Positions 32,091-43,178 are shown, numbered from the whole stretch's first letter. The stretch is DNA of 63,079 nucleotides, filler included, from 5 parts of 5 records of this genome joined end to end with filler, not necessarily neighbours in it; one strand, 5' to 3'. Notes: generated from the letters alone by a model not told the origin. A program made the numbers and translations.

Positions 32091-33227
32091 ATGATTATGA
32101 CTAGAGAAGAAGTACTGATGGGAATTCTAAAGTTTCCCGTTAATATCTGGATGCGAACAGTATTCCAGCCAAAATTAGTAAAGAACGAATTACGTGATAG
32201 TAAAAAACCTGCCCTTATTATAGGAAATCACGTAACTTTTGAGGATCCTATTCTGGGCATGATGTATACCAACAGACCAATCAGCTACCTTGCCGCCAGC
32301 ATGAATATGGACGATCCATTTAAGAATTTCATTTTTCGTGTGTTTAAGATAATACCATTTACAAAAGGTCAAATGGATATAAAGGCAATCCGTCAGCTGA
32401 GAAAATATGCCAACAAAAAGTCCGTTGGACTGTATCCTGAGGGCGGCAGAACATGGGATGGCAGCAATATAGATATTATTGAATCCATCGCTTCGTTGGT
32501 AAAGATGCTGAGAGTAGATGTATATTCAGTGGATTTACAGGGTTTCTACTTTATTAAACCCAGATGGGCAAAGAAATACAGGAGAGGGCGCACTGCAGTT
32601 GAAGTAGTCAAAGTAATGGATGCTCAAGATGCAAAGACTAAAACTCAGCAGGAAATACTGGATATAATAAAAGACGCAGTTTACTACAATGAATACGACA
32701 GACAAAGAGAAGCCAAGATACCTTACAGAGGCATTAAAATAGCCGAATCAATAGAGAAAGTTCTGTTTAAGTGTCCAGATTGCGGTGCAGTGGATACTAT
32801 TACATCAAGAGGGGATATCTTCTGGTGTACCAAGTGTAAGAAGCAGTATTCATTTGATAAATACGGATTTATAACAGGCTGTGATAAATTTGACAACCCT
32901 CATGACTGGAATATATGGCAGAGCGGATATATTGATGAAATTGTAAAAAATGATTTACCCATTGTCAATGAAAAGACTGTAGTTACATTCATTAATTCAA
33001 AGGGCAAAAAGACAGCGAAGAGAGATTTCACAATAGATAAATCAGGTGTTACTATAGATGATACCTATATTCCTTTTGAGGATATTAACAGTCCTAACTT
33101 AGTATTAACAGATGTTTTGGAGTTCTTTACCAGTGAAGGCAGAGTTCGCATTAAGTTGCATCCAAAGAAGCACTCATCTCTAACACTGCTTGAGAAAGTT
33201 ATAAAAAACTTAAGTTGCAACTCTTGA
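32091..33227 (+). CDS. Lysophospholipid acyltransferase (PlsC-like) with zinc ribbon
   Basis: NHVTFED and YPEGGR motifs; CPDC...CTKC. Confidence 0.85.
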   Translation: MIMTREEVLMGILKFPVNIWMRTVFQPKLVKNELRDSKKPALIIGNHVTFEDPILGMMYTNRPISYLAASMNMDDPFKNFIFRVFKIIPFTKGQMDIKAIRQLRKYANKKSVGLYPEGGRTWDGSNIDIIESIASLVKMLRVDVYSVDLQGFYFIKPRWAKKYRRGRTAVEVVKVMDAQDAKTKTQQEILDIIKDAVYYNEYDRQREAKIPYRGIKIAESIEKVLFKCPDCGAVDTITSRGDIFWCTKCKKQYSFDKYGFITGCDKFDNPHDWNIWQSGYIDEIVKNDLPIVNEKTVVTFINSKGKKTAKRDFTIDKSGVTIDDTYIPFEDINSPNLVLTDVLEFFTSEGRVRIKLHPKKHSSLTLLEKVIKNLSCNS

Positions 33228-33280
33228 CCTAAATTGATACAATAAATTAGGATAATCCTGTAAATTATCATTTAGGAGCT

Positions 33281-34465
33281 ATGATGTCAAATTATATCTA
33301 TGATTATATCTCTTCGATTAAAGCAATAAATACTCACTCTCATTATGGAGACAAGCAGTTTTTTAATAACTTTTGCTTGCAACAGATGTTAAGCTACTCA
33401 TATATTGCATGGAGCGGTGTTGATTATGGTGACAGTGTTGAGTCTAGGGACAATTATTTCTCTAAGGTAAAATATAAATCATACTTTCATTACTTGCAAA
33501 AGGCATTGAAAGCCATTTATCATATTAATGAAGATTTGGATACTCATTCTTGGGACAAATACGCTGAAGCTATAAAAAGATATCATGCTATAGATGGTTT
33601 CAGATATGAACTATTGGAAAAGGTTTGTAATTACGATAAAATCATTATGGACGCTTATTGGAATCTTGGATTTAGTCATGATGATGATTTGTTTATTCAT
33701 GCTTTGAATGTTGGTCCTCTGTTTTATGCACATAGCAGGGATAATGAAAAAATGGAAAAAACGAATCCTATGGGTGCGCACTTACGAGAATTTAACAGTC
33801 TGGATTCGGTGGTTTCTTTTGCCAGTGAAACAATTGCAAAGAATGTTAACAATGGCTGTGTAGCACTAAAATCTGCAATTGCGTATGACAGAGGCTTGAA
33901 ATTTACCAAGGTGGACAAGGTAACAGGTCAAAAAGTATTTAATTATAATCATACAGTAAAAGAACATATTGTAAATTTCCAGAACTACTTAATGTATGAA
34001 ATAAGCAAGATTGCAGCATGGCAGGATGTACCATTTCAGATTCATACTGGCTTAGGCTCAATGGACAATACCAATGCGGCACAATTAAACTCATTGATAA
34101 AGAACAATCCAGAAACTAAATTTGTACTCTTTCATGGTTCATTTCCGTGGACAGATGATATTGTTGGACTGCTGCATACATACAGCAATGTCTATGCGGA
34201 TTTGTGCTGGCTGCCTCTCATATCTCCTACTGCCGCTAAGTATACTCTACACCAGATGATAGAGGTGGCAACTGCTGATAAAATTACATGGGGCTGTGAT
34301 ACATGGACAGCAGAGGAGAGCCTAGGAGCTAGGTTTGCAATAAATGAGGTTCTCTCTGATGTACTCGATGAAAAGATACAATGCGGATATTTATCAATGA
34401 ATGATGCCAAGATAATAGCAGATAATATTATGCATAACAATGCAAAACAACTATACAAAATTTAG
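33281..34465 (+). CDS. Amidohydrolase family protein
   Basis: THSH, LKS..AY.R.L, QIHTG, FHG..P and WGCD motifs. Confidence 0.85.
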   Translation: MMSNYIYDYISSIKAINTHSHYGDKQFFNNFCLQQMLSYSYIAWSGVDYGDSVESRDNYFSKVKYKSYFHYLQKALKAIYHINEDLDTHSWDKYAEAIKRYHAIDGFRYELLEKVCNYDKIIMDAYWNLGFSHDDDLFIHALNVGPLFYAHSRDNEKMEKTNPMGAHLREFNSLDSVVSFASETIAKNVNNGCVALKSAIAYDRGLKFTKVDKVTGQKVFNYNHTVKEHIVNFQNYLMYEISKIAAWQDVPFQIHTGLGSMDNTNAAQLNSLIKNNPETKFVLFHGSFPWTDDIVGLLHTYSNVYADLCWLPLISPTAAKYTLHQMIEVATADKITWGCDTWTAEESLGARFAINEVLSDVLDEKIQCGYLSMNDAKIIADNIMHNNAKQLYKI

Positions 34466-34483
34466 CAGATAAAAGGAGTTACT

Positions 34484-35491
34484 ATGTCAAAAGTAAAAGT
34501 AGAGGAAGTACAATACGGTAAGTTTGGTAAATGTGCAAGAATTTATAATGAAACAACAGAGATTTTAGTCACATTGGATATTGGTCCAAGGATAATCAAA
34601 TATGCAAATATAGGTAAGCCAAATGTATTCTGCGAACACTATACAGATGAACCAACCAATGAAAATACCGGCTGGAAAATCTACGGCGGTCACAGACTAT
34701 GGCATGCACCTGAGAACGATCCAAGGACATATGTGCCGGATAATGACCCTGTACAGTATGAAGTAATCGAAAACGGTATTAATGTTACTGCTAATACTGA
34801 AAAAGAAACAGGTATCAGTAAAAGTATGGTAATAATACTAGCTGAAGTTGGCTGTGATGCAGCCGTTGTTCACCTAGTGGGCAATGTAGGGCTATGGCCT
34901 GCTGAATTTGCCGCATGGTCACTGTCTGTAATGGCAGCTGGCGGTAAGGAAATAATACCTATGAACCAAGAGGACACAGGGCTATTGCATAATAGGAGCA
35001 TGAGCCTTTGGGCATATACCAAGATGAATGACGAGAGAGTGTACTGGGGCGATAAATATATCACTCTAAAGCAGGATGTTAACTGCGGAAATCAGGCATT
35101 TAAAATCGGTCTGACAAATAGCCTGGAATGGGCTGCATATGTAAATAACAATCAGGCATTTGTAATGCGTTATGCTCACTTTGATGGTGAAAAGTATCCT
35201 GATAATAATATGAGCTTTGAAACATATACCAATGACTTTATGCTGGAGGTTGAGACTCTAAGTCCATTAACTACCATCAACCCTGGTGAAGTAATTGAAC
35301 ACATTGAGCTATGGAGCATTACCCAAGATGTAGAAATACCTGAAAACACAGAGGAAGCTATACAGGCTTGCGTGGATAAGCTGAATATTCCATCTAGTGT
35401 TTATGGCGGATGCGGCTGTGGTGATGATAACTGCGACTGCGGAGATGACCATGACTGTGGTGATGATGGCTGCGAATGTGGGTGTCATTAA
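34484..35491 (+). CDS. Galactose-mutarotase-like (DUF4380-type) protein with Cys-rich tail
   Basis: GPRII, YGGHRLWHAPE, PDN and E.ETLSP...PGE..EH.E.W; C-terminal CGCGDDNCDC... tail. Confidence 0.65.
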   Translation: MSKVKVEEVQYGKFGKCARIYNETTEILVTLDIGPRIIKYANIGKPNVFCEHYTDEPTNENTGWKIYGGHRLWHAPENDPRTYVPDNDPVQYEVIENGINVTANTEKETGISKSMVIILAEVGCDAAVVHLVGNVGLWPAEFAAWSLSVMAAGGKEIIPMNQEDTGLLHNRSMSLWAYTKMNDERVYWGDKYITLKQDVNCGNQAFKIGLTNSLEWAAYVNNNQAFVMRYAHFDGEKYPDNNMSFETYTNDFMLEVETLSPLTTINPGEVIEHIELWSITQDVEIPENTEEAIQACVDKLNIPSSVYGGCGCGDDNCDCGDDHDCGDDGCECGCH

Positions 35492-35519
35492 ACAATAAAT
35501 AAATGATGTGAAGTATATT

Positions 35520-35552
35520 AAGCTGCCTGAGTTTACTTGGGTGGCTTTTATA
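35520..35552 (+). terminator. Putative intrinsic terminator
   Basis: AAGCTGCCTGAG-TTTA-CTTGGGTGGCTT(TT) stem with G-U pairs after the stop codon. Confidence 0.5.
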
Positions 35553-35777
35553 ATATTGGATTTCACCCTATACTCAACTTACGGCATGTTTCTTGAGGGG
35601 GTATGGGGCAGGGTCACATAATACCACCAATAAAACAACAATAAACCTGTAATAAATCTGTGACACATTCGGTATAATATATACCTAAACCTAAATATAT
35701 GTTGATAGATGCAGGATTTATGGTTATAATACCTAAGGAAATAATATAATATATACAGTAAGTTATAGGAGGAACAT

Positions 35778-36716
35778 ATGAGGAAATCCCAGTTTAAGCT
35801 TTCAGTAGTAGTACCTATGTATTATGAAGAAGCAGTTGCTAATGAATGCAATAAAAGACTTAATGAAGCACTAAGTGATATTGATTATGAACTAATCTAT
35901 GTCAACGACGGCTCAAGAGATAATACATTTTCTATCCTGGAGGAATTAGCACAGGAAAATGACCGCATAAGAATCATTTCTTTTTCCAGAAATTTTGGTC
36001 ATCAGGCGGCTGTCACAGCAGGAGTTAAATATGCAGATGGCGACTGTGTAGTAATTATCGATGCTGATTTGCAGGATCCTCCTGAATTAATTCCCGACAT
36101 GGTAAAGATGTGGCAGGAAGGCGTTGATGTTGTTTATGCCAAACGCAAAAAGAGAAAAGGCGAAACATTTTTTAAGCTCTTTACAGCAAAAGCCTTCTAC
36201 AAATTGCTGGATTCATTAACAGATACAAAAATCCCAAGAGACACAGGAGATTTCAGACTGATAGACAGAAAGGTAGCCGATGCATTCAATCAGTTGACAG
36301 AGCACAACCGCTTTATCAGAGGGATGATACCTTGGCTTGGTTTCAGAGCTGAACCGATTGAATATGTAAGGGATGAAAGATACGCTGGCGAAACGAAGTA
36401 TCCGCTTAGAAAGATGCTCAAATTTGCATTTAACGGTATTTTGTCATTCTCAACTAAACCTTTGCAGCTGGTTACAAAACTTGGGGTATTAACATTACTG
36501 GCTTCATTGTGTATAATTATATATGTACTTATCTCTTGGTTTACAGGCAATGCAGTAACTGCTGGATGGGCATCAACTCTGATTATAATAACCATGCTGT
36601 CAGGTGTTCAGTTATTAGCTATCGGCGTGCTTGGAGAGTACATTGCCAGAATATATGAAGAGAGCAAAGAAAGACCTATTTATATTGTAGAGGAAACATA
36701 CAATATTAATGAATAA
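35778..36716 (+). CDS. GT2 polyprenyl-phosphate glycosyltransferase (GtrB/CsbB-like)
   Basis: VNDGSRD, SRNFGHQ, DADLQDPP and GDFRL motifs; two C-terminal TM helices. Confidence 0.92.
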   Translation: MRKSQFKLSVVVPMYYEEAVANECNKRLNEALSDIDYELIYVNDGSRDNTFSILEELAQENDRIRIISFSRNFGHQAAVTAGVKYADGDCVVIIDADLQDPPELIPDMVKMWQEGVDVVYAKRKKRKGETFFKLFTAKAFYKLLDSLTDTKIPRDTGDFRLIDRKVADAFNQLTEHNRFIRGMIPWLGFRAEPIEYVRDERYAGETKYPLRKMLKFAFNGILSFSTKPLQLVTKLGVLTLLASLCIIIYVLISWFTGNAVTAGWASTLIIITMLSGVQLLAIGVLGEYIARIYEESKERPIYIVEETYNINE

Positions 36717-36736
36717 AGTTTTATAAGAGGTGGATA

Positions 36737-37639
36737 ATGATATTGAATTTTTTGAATGTAATAAAAGCAAGTGACGGTACTGCTGAAACCACAGAAAACG
36801 TAGTTTCTGCTGTACAGTCAATCAGAATGGATACTCTGGATACTGACTTAGTTAAAATCTGGGAACTGTTGTTACCGACTATAAAATCAATTGCAGGAGC
36901 ATTACTGTTGTTTATCGTTGGTTTAATAGTTATCAAATTTTTAAAGAAAGCAATCAAAAAGGCATTTGACAAGAATCATAAGTTGGATAAAACAGTTAAG
37001 AGCTTTACACTATCGGCAATTGATATTGCTCTGAAGGTTCTTCTGCTGGTATCAGTAGTTGCTACTTTGGGTGTAGAGATAACTTCCTTGGTTGCAGTCT
37101 TTGGTGCTGTTTCATTTGCTATTGGTCTTGCGCTTCAAGGTTCGCTGGAGAACTTTGCAGGTGGTGTGATGCTTCTTATCTTCAAACCCTTTAAAGTGGG
37201 TGACTACATTGAGGTGGACGACAAGGCTGGTATAGTTCACTCTATGTCAATAATATCCACTAAGCTAAATACATTTGATAACAAAATGATTATTATTCCA
37301 AATTCAAAGACATCATCTTCTACTTTGGTAAATTATTCAACCAATCCTCTTCGCAGAATTGATTTGGTTGTAGGCGTAGATTATGAGAGCGACATTGACA
37401 AAACTCGTGAAGTAATAAAGAGTGCAATTGCAGCTCACGATATATTCCTGGATGACCCAGCACCAATTGTTGGTATGTCTGAAATGGCTGATAGTTCAAT
37501 CAATTTCTCTGTACTGGTTTGGGTAAAGGGTGAAGATTATTTGCCAGGCGTAATTGAGCTGAATGAATCAGTCAAAAAAGCTTTGGATAGAAATAATATT
37601 GATATTCCATATCCTCATGTTACTTTGGTGAATAAGTAG
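36737..37639 (+). CDS. mscS: Small-conductance mechanosensitive channel
   Basis: GLALQGSL.NFAGG, PFKVGD and IPN...IPYP motifs. Confidence 0.92.
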   Translation: MILNFLNVIKASDGTAETTENVVSAVQSIRMDTLDTDLVKIWELLLPTIKSIAGALLLFIVGLIVIKFLKKAIKKAFDKNHKLDKTVKSFTLSAIDIALKVLLLVSVVATLGVEITSLVAVFGAVSFAIGLALQGSLENFAGGVMLLIFKPFKVGDYIEVDDKAGIVHSMSIISTKLNTFDNKMIIIPNSKTSSSTLVNYSTNPLRRIDLVVGVDYESDIDKTREVIKSAIAAHDIFLDDPAPIVGMSEMADSSINFSVLVWVKGEDYLPGVIELNESVKKALDRNNIDIPYPHVTLVNK

Positions 37640-37659
37640 GAATAAAATAATAAATTATT

Positions 37660-37686
37660 TAAGGGATGCTTTTGGGCATCCCTTTA
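37660..37686. terminator. Terminator between convergent mscS and spo0A-like genes
   Basis: AAGGGATGC-TTTTGG-GCATCCCTT. Confidence 0.75.
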
Positions 37687-37703
37687 TAGTATACAGAATG
37701 TTG

Positions 37704-38516
37704 TCACATACTAATCTGTTCTGTTTTAACACCGCTGCTTATCATAGCCACATTCAGCAGGACTTTGTCGGCAAATGCAGCAATAAACTCTCTATTGCTG
37801 GGTTTGTCCTTTTCGCTGGAAATGGTATTGCCGAATAAATCCTCCAGTACATGAACTCTGCACCTGTTGCATGCAACTTCTACGGCATGACGCATAGAGC
37901 GTTCAACTCTAGATACAGTGCTCTCGTTTTTGTAAGCAATTGGCTTATATACGCCATTCATCATAGCTGCAATTCTATTGAAATCCTCTGCAACCAATAC
38001 TATTGCTTCACGAAGATAATGATAACCAGATATATGAGGCGGTATCCCGATAGATCTAAGGAGCTTGGTAGTCTCAGCGATATATAAATCATGTTGTGGA
38101 TTAGTATTCATTTTGAGAGAGAATTTGCCCTCTGTTGCGATATTAAGCAGGGAATTTAGCCGTGCTATCAAAAAGTCTGCATCAAAAGGCTGTACTAAGT
38201 AATGAGCAACGCCTGAACTTAGAATATCGCTTACAATTTCGTCATCGTTTATTGGGGAATAGAGTATAAAGATAGGATTGTAATCAGGCAATTGCATGAC
38301 CATGCGGAAGATATCCTTGCCGTCTAAAACAGGGATTAGTAAATCGCAGATGATGACATCAGGTCGCTCATCAAATGAAGTTTTGATACCACATGCACCA
38401 TCATTACATGTTTTAATAATGGAATAAATATTGCTGTTAGTTAATCTTTTTTCTAAAACATCAGCAAATTCCTCATTATCATCAATAATAAGTACACGTA
38501 TTTTTGACTTACTCAT
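37704..38516 (-). CDS. Spo0A-like response regulator (divergent paralogue)
   Basis: Receiver domain plus Spo0A C-terminal domain: GIPPHISGYHYLREAI, SRVERSMRHAVEVA and KPSNREFIA. Confidence 0.85.
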   Translation of the reverse strand: MSKSKIRVLIIDDNEEFADVLEKRLTNSNIYSIIKTCNDGACGIKTSFDERPDVIICDLLIPVLDGKDIFRMVMQLPDYNPIFILYSPINDDEIVSDILSSGVAHYLVQPFDADFLIARLNSLLNIATEGKFSLKMNTNPQHDLYIAETTKLLRSIGIPPHISGYHYLREAIVLVAEDFNRIAAMMNGVYKPIAYKNESTVSRVERSMRHAVEVACNRCRVHVLEDLFGNTISSEKDKPSNREFIAAFADKVLLNVAMISSGVKTEQISM

Positions 38517-38771
38517 TTAATCATCAGTTTCCCACTTCGAAATGAATTCAACAAAAAGCTCCTGTGCAAAGCTCTCATTCTCTATAGTTTCAAATATATA
38601 TTCTTCATTGTTTTTGTTAAGTTTCATAATGATAACAGATTCATCATCATTAATATCAGAAAGAGCAGCATATTCTTTGCCGTCTTTATCAAAAATCATT
38701 AGTAACTCAAAGTCTTTTTTCCCATTTTCATCGGATAATTGAATAACTTTAGTCTCCATAATAGATATCAT
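38517..38771 (-). CDS. DUF1292 family protein
   Basis: Acidic I.L.DENG...FE.......KEYA.L pattern; usual position after ruvX. Confidence 0.75.
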   Translation of the reverse strand: MISIMETKVIQLSDENGKKDFELLMIFDKDGKEYAALSDINDDESVIIMKLNKNNEEYIFETIENESFAQELFVEFISKWETDD

Positions 38772-39184
38772 AAACCTTTCATATAGTCGCTGAGAATCAA
38801 AGATGCTGCCACCATATCAATACTCTTGCGGCGATTCTTATGCCTGACATTTGCTTCATCCATCAATCTGTGAGCATGGGCAGAGGACATCCGTTCATCG
38901 TGCATTACAATTTCTGCGTTCAGGTGTTGCTTTAGTTTCTCACAGTAGCCGAGTATACTTTCAGCTGCAATACCAATCTCTCCCTGAAGAGTTTTAGGAA
39001 GTCCTACAACTACAGTTTTTACATTGTATTCTTTAATCAGATTGTTGTAATGGCTAATGTCTTCCTCTATAGATTTCCTCTGATAGGTGGAATGCCCCTG
39101 AGCTGTTATCATAAGAGGGTCACTCAATGCAATACCGATACGCTTCTTACCGATATCAAGACCCATAAGCCTAGTGTATTCCAT
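38768..39184 (-). CDS. ruvX: RuvX/YqgF family nuclease
   Basis: GLDIGKKRIGIALSD, VVGLP, DERMSS and D..AA..IL. Confidence 0.93.
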   Translation of the reverse strand: MEYTRLMGLDIGKKRIGIALSDPLMITAQGHSTYQRKSIEEDISHYNNLIKEYNVKTVVVGLPKTLQGEIGIAAESILGYCEKLKQHLNAEIVMHDERMSSAHAHRLMDEANVRHKNRRKSIDMVAASLILSDYMKGL

Positions 39185-39190
39185 ATATTC

Positions 39191-39484
39191 CTACTTTACA
39201 TCCTTTGTATCAGTACCATCAGCATTCCCCAGAGTTTTTAAGTAGACTTTTACTAGTTCCTCTAGTATTTCGTCTCTTTCAAAGCGTCTGATTAAGTATC
39301 TTGCATTGTTGTAGCTGGTAATATACGTTGGGTCGCCGGATATAATATATCCTACTAATTGGTTAATAGGGTCATAGCCCTTTTCTGTAAGTGATGCGTA
39401 TACCTGCTCCATAATTGCTTTGATGCTGGTTTCTTCTTTATCTATCTTAAATTGAATAGTATGATTTGTATGTTTATTATTCAT
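39191..39484 (-). CDS. ireB: IreB (UPF0297) regulatory phosphoprotein
   Basis: [23 protein letters not shown]...AR...ERDEILEEL. Confidence 0.93.
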   Translation of the reverse strand: MNNKHTNHTIQFKIDKEETSIKAIMEQVYASLTEKGYDPINQLVGYIISGDPTYITSYNNARYLIRRFERDEILEELVKVYLKTLGNADGTDTKDVK

Positions 39485-39502
39485 AAGCCTTAGCTCCTTT
39501 AT

Positions 39503-40879
39503 TTATTTTGTAAATAATATATCGTTGTCATTGCCGTCTATACTGTAAACTAGCAGATGAAGGTATTCGTCGTCGATTTCCTCGAATATCTCAAATGATA
39601 TATTATATATCTTTGATACCCCACTTTGTACAGGATTAAACCCTAGTTCGTCATATTCAGTTATATTATTGGTAGGTTTAACCAAAATGTTGTGATATAC
39701 ATCATACAATGCAAATCCTCTTTGTTCAACAGGTATTATAACATTATCAGATAAATTGGTAAACATTACCTCATAGGTATATTTGTCGATTTCGTCATCT
39801 GAGCCAAAATACTTTGCATCATTAATTACTAAAGACAGTACATCATCAAATGTATGTTCCTGACCAGTTATAAACGTAGGCAGTACTCTCTTGTCCACCT
39901 GACCCTTTATCATATCGTAATAATCACCGCTAAATAGGGGGCTTGGTTCTCCGTACAGATTGATTGACAGATTGTCAATATCAATATTGCCGATGCCGTG
40001 TTTTGCTAGCAGTGTCAGCTTGTTGCTTGTTTCAGGTACTATGAATTTGATAAGCCCGATAGCATGACCTTTGGCTAATATATTTACTCCGCTGTCGAAT
40101 ATGCTTTCGGATTCCTCTGGATAGTATTCATTTTCTCCATGGTCTATGAGACAAATTTGGTCTAAGTCAATGTATCCAGTTTCTTCATTGCTGTAGTTTA
40201 TTATCTCCAGCTGAATAGTTATTTCTTTTTTGCCGTTGTCTAGTTCCGTTGTGGCTTTTTCTGCCTGAATAAAGACTTTGTATCCTAATAAGTCAATGCT
40301 GTTTTTGAAGTCGCTTTCATCCAGATTATATATTTCTGATGGTTCAGGTGTAACTATTATTTCTGGAGTAGACGTAGGCTCAGGTGTTGACTTAGGAGTT
40401 GGCTCATTAGTTATTATAACCTGAGGTGTAGGTGTAAAATCTATTGTCAAATCAATGATATCATTTAGTACCACACGGATATTAACCACAGTCTCGAAAT
40501 ACTGCTTTTCATTCTTGGTCTCTGCTACCTCGGCTTCTAGGAGATAGGAGTACTTGTCCGCATATCCTGCTACTAAGTATCGTTTGTTTGTCAGCTTATC
40601 AATAGTATTGTAGTAATCATTGTGACTAAATACCAATTGGTAGTATTCCTTTATTTCCTCGAATGATTTGTCCGTACCGAATTTAATATCTATAATATTG
40701 TTTGAATAATTGTATTCATATATTGTTGCATTATCAACTATGGGGAACAGCTCATAGGGATATTCCCTGCCGTATTCCAGACTTTCGCCAATATCGCCTG
40801 ATGTGCAGGATGAAAATGCTATTGTAATAATTACTAATAACAGTATTGTAAATACTCTCTCAAAATATCTTTTGCTCAA
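39503..40879 (-). CDS. Hypothetical lipoprotein with Pro/Thr linker and Ig-like (DUF4352-type) domains
   Basis: Lipobox-like FSSC; PTPKSTPEPTSTPE linker; TTG start. Confidence 0.65.
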   Translation of the reverse strand: MSKRYFERVFTILLLVIITIAFSSCTSGDIGESLEYGREYPYELFPIVDNATIYEYNYSNNIIDIKFGTDKSFEEIKEYYQLVFSHNDYYNTIDKLTNKRYLVAGYADKYSYLLEAEVAETKNEKQYFETVVNIRVVLNDIIDLTIDFTPTPQVIITNEPTPKSTPEPTSTPEIIVTPEPSEIYNLDESDFKNSIDLLGYKVFIQAEKATTELDNGKKEITIQLEIINYSNEETGYIDLDQICLIDHGENEYYPEESESIFDSGVNILAKGHAIGLIKFIVPETSNKLTLLAKHGIGNIDIDNLSINLYGEPSPLFSGDYYDMIKGQVDKRVLPTFITGQEHTFDDVLSLVINDAKYFGSDDEIDKYTYEVMFTNLSDNVIIPVEQRGFALYDVYHNILVKPTNNITEYDELGFNPVQSGVSKIYNISFEIFEEIDDEYLHLLVYSIDGNDNDILFTK

Positions 40880-41388
40880 AATATCTGCACCCCTTTATTA
40901 TTGAATAATATGATTATACAATAGATAGGGGCAAATCACCAATAGTTTATATTGACAAATTCTTTTTGATTTTGTTGTAACTATGTGTGCTTTGGTGGAA
41001 GCTATTTGGTTGGTGTTGATAATTAATGGTATAAAATTTGCAAAAGTTACATACTTTCATTGCTCTCTCTTAAAAGAGAAGAACGAAACAAGAAGAGTTC
41101 AAGTTACTGGTAATTATGAGAGAATGATGGAATTTGAAAACTAATAACATTGGCAATCTATAGACTGATATTAAGTTAGTATTGTCATAGTGTCGATAAA
41201 GCTATTTCATCAAATAAAAATAAATAATCACAAATACTAAAGGTCACGCAAAATTAGAAAAAAGCTAGATGCATTTTGAAATTGTATCTGATGGCGGGCG
41301 GAAAACGATTTAATATTCATTTCTTTTTTATCTAGTACCGAGCTGGTCATAAATACTCCGTATTTATTGCTCGCTCATGCAACCTGAA

Positions 41389-41488
41389 NNNNNNNNNNNN
41401 NNNNNNNNNNNNNNNNNNNNNNNNNNNNNNNNTTAATTAATTAANNNNNNNNNNNNNNNNNNNNNNNNNNNNNNNNNNNNNNNNNNNN
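41389..41488. other. Artificial contig linker
   Basis: N44-TTAATTAATTAA-N44. Confidence 0.99.
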
Positions 41489-43178
41489 GTCGAACATCCG
41501 GACAGTCTTGCGATAATTCCCTCAATGCAAAATGGGCGTCTTGGCGAATACGGCTTATCGCCTCGCCGTGATCTTCGGGGAAATCGGCACGCCACCAGAC
41601 CGTGTTCAGGTGGGCTTCGGTGAAAGTCCCGGTTTCCCAAACAATCGCACCGATATTTTCCGAACGAACGAAGCCGCGAAGATGATCCGCGTTCGTTGCG
41701 TAGACGGCCCGGATAAGTGCACTCATACGCCGTTGCATCTCTTTGCCGAAATCTTCGGACCAGGGAATAAGGTATTCGCGGCCGACGTATATGGACCGTG
41801 CCGCAACGCTCGGCACGTTATCGGCTTCCTGCACAAGGGCGGCAACGACCGTATCCTTCGGCATTTCGGCCAGGGTGTCATATAGCCCCGGCGGGTCAAT
41901 TTCCACATATTCGGCCCGGGGCACGAAGGGAAACGGGATCAGGGCGACCGCCGCCAGAAGGGCGGCCATTTGTTTCGATCGCCGGCTCAACCGCGCCAAG
42001 CCGATACCCTTCCCCAACTTCGGACCCAACCATGCCGCCAAGGCGATGAAGGTTATGGCGCGCAGCGGGTACTGCCCGAATCGCGACGGCAGATGCAGAT
42101 CGAACAACAACAGGTGGGCGGCGGCAAACCCGATCAGGGAGACGACCAGCAGGCGCGCCGGAACGGCCGCCGCGAAGCGGCTCTGCTCATCCAGTTCCGG
42201 CCAGCCGGCACGCCTCAGCAACCCAATCGACGGAATGATCGCGAGAACGACGAGCCCGACGGCGAGAACCGGAGCCAGATTGGAGCCGAGTCCGTAAAGC
42301 GAATGGCACCCCCATTCAACCGGCAGCAGCCCGCTTCTTTCTCCGCACAGGTAAAACCAGTCGGCGCGATCGATAAAAAACGCGCTTCGACCGCCCGGCT
42401 GCAACGACGGCAAAGCCAGGGCATCGGCTTTCGATAGGGTTTCGCCGCCCGCCCTCCAGGCAAACGGGGCCAATCCACCCGCCACCGCAAGAAGACCGTA
42501 CAGGCAATTGGTCCGCATCCGCCCGCCACCGACCAGACGCAAACGCATCCCCCGATCGACGACGACCACGCAGGTCGCCAGGACACCGCCGATGATCAGG
42601 GCCATGTGCGGGTAGAACAGACCGGACAGAAGCGCCGCAGCCAGGATGCCGTAGGTTCGGCGGCTTGACAGAAAAAAAAGAAACGCCACCAGAACCGGCA
42701 CCGCGAATGCTCTCGGTGTCCCGCTGGCGATAGGGTTTACCAGCCAGATGAAAAACGACGTCAGGGCGGAGCCCAGGAAAGCGGTTTCCGATGACGCCGC
42801 CAGAAGAAACGTCAGACGATAGGCAAAATGGGCCAGGATCAGGCCCAGAAGAACCGGCAGCAAACGGTTGGCCAGAAAGGGTTCAACGCCAACTAAAGCC
42901 AATCCCTTGTAAAGCCATATGAACCCTACGGGGGTGACGGACCGGAAATAGTCCGCAATGGCATCGCCCGGGAAAAGGGCCGGATCGGCCCAGCGCTGCA
43001 TCCAGAAAATGAACTGCCGGGCATCGTCCTGAACGAGTTGCGTCGAAGACATCGACCATTGGAACAACGCCTCGAGCGGAGGGATCAGCCCAAACAACAG
43101 GGCGAGGCCGTGCCACAGAGCGGACGGGTTGTCGTCGGAGTTCCAAGTTTGGGCTTCACGCCCAGCCTTGTCGAGCAC
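41489..43178 (-). CDS. Polytopic membrane protein, possible GT-C glycosyltransferase (3' truncated)
   Basis: Many TM segments; QDD acidic motif in the first loop; runs into the gap. Confidence 0.6.

Noticed and set aside
41240..41310. GGTCACGCA resembling the start of a c-di-GMP-I riboswitch
   Set aside because: The GCAAA...GAAA...GACGCAAAGC core and the P2/P3 stems are absent
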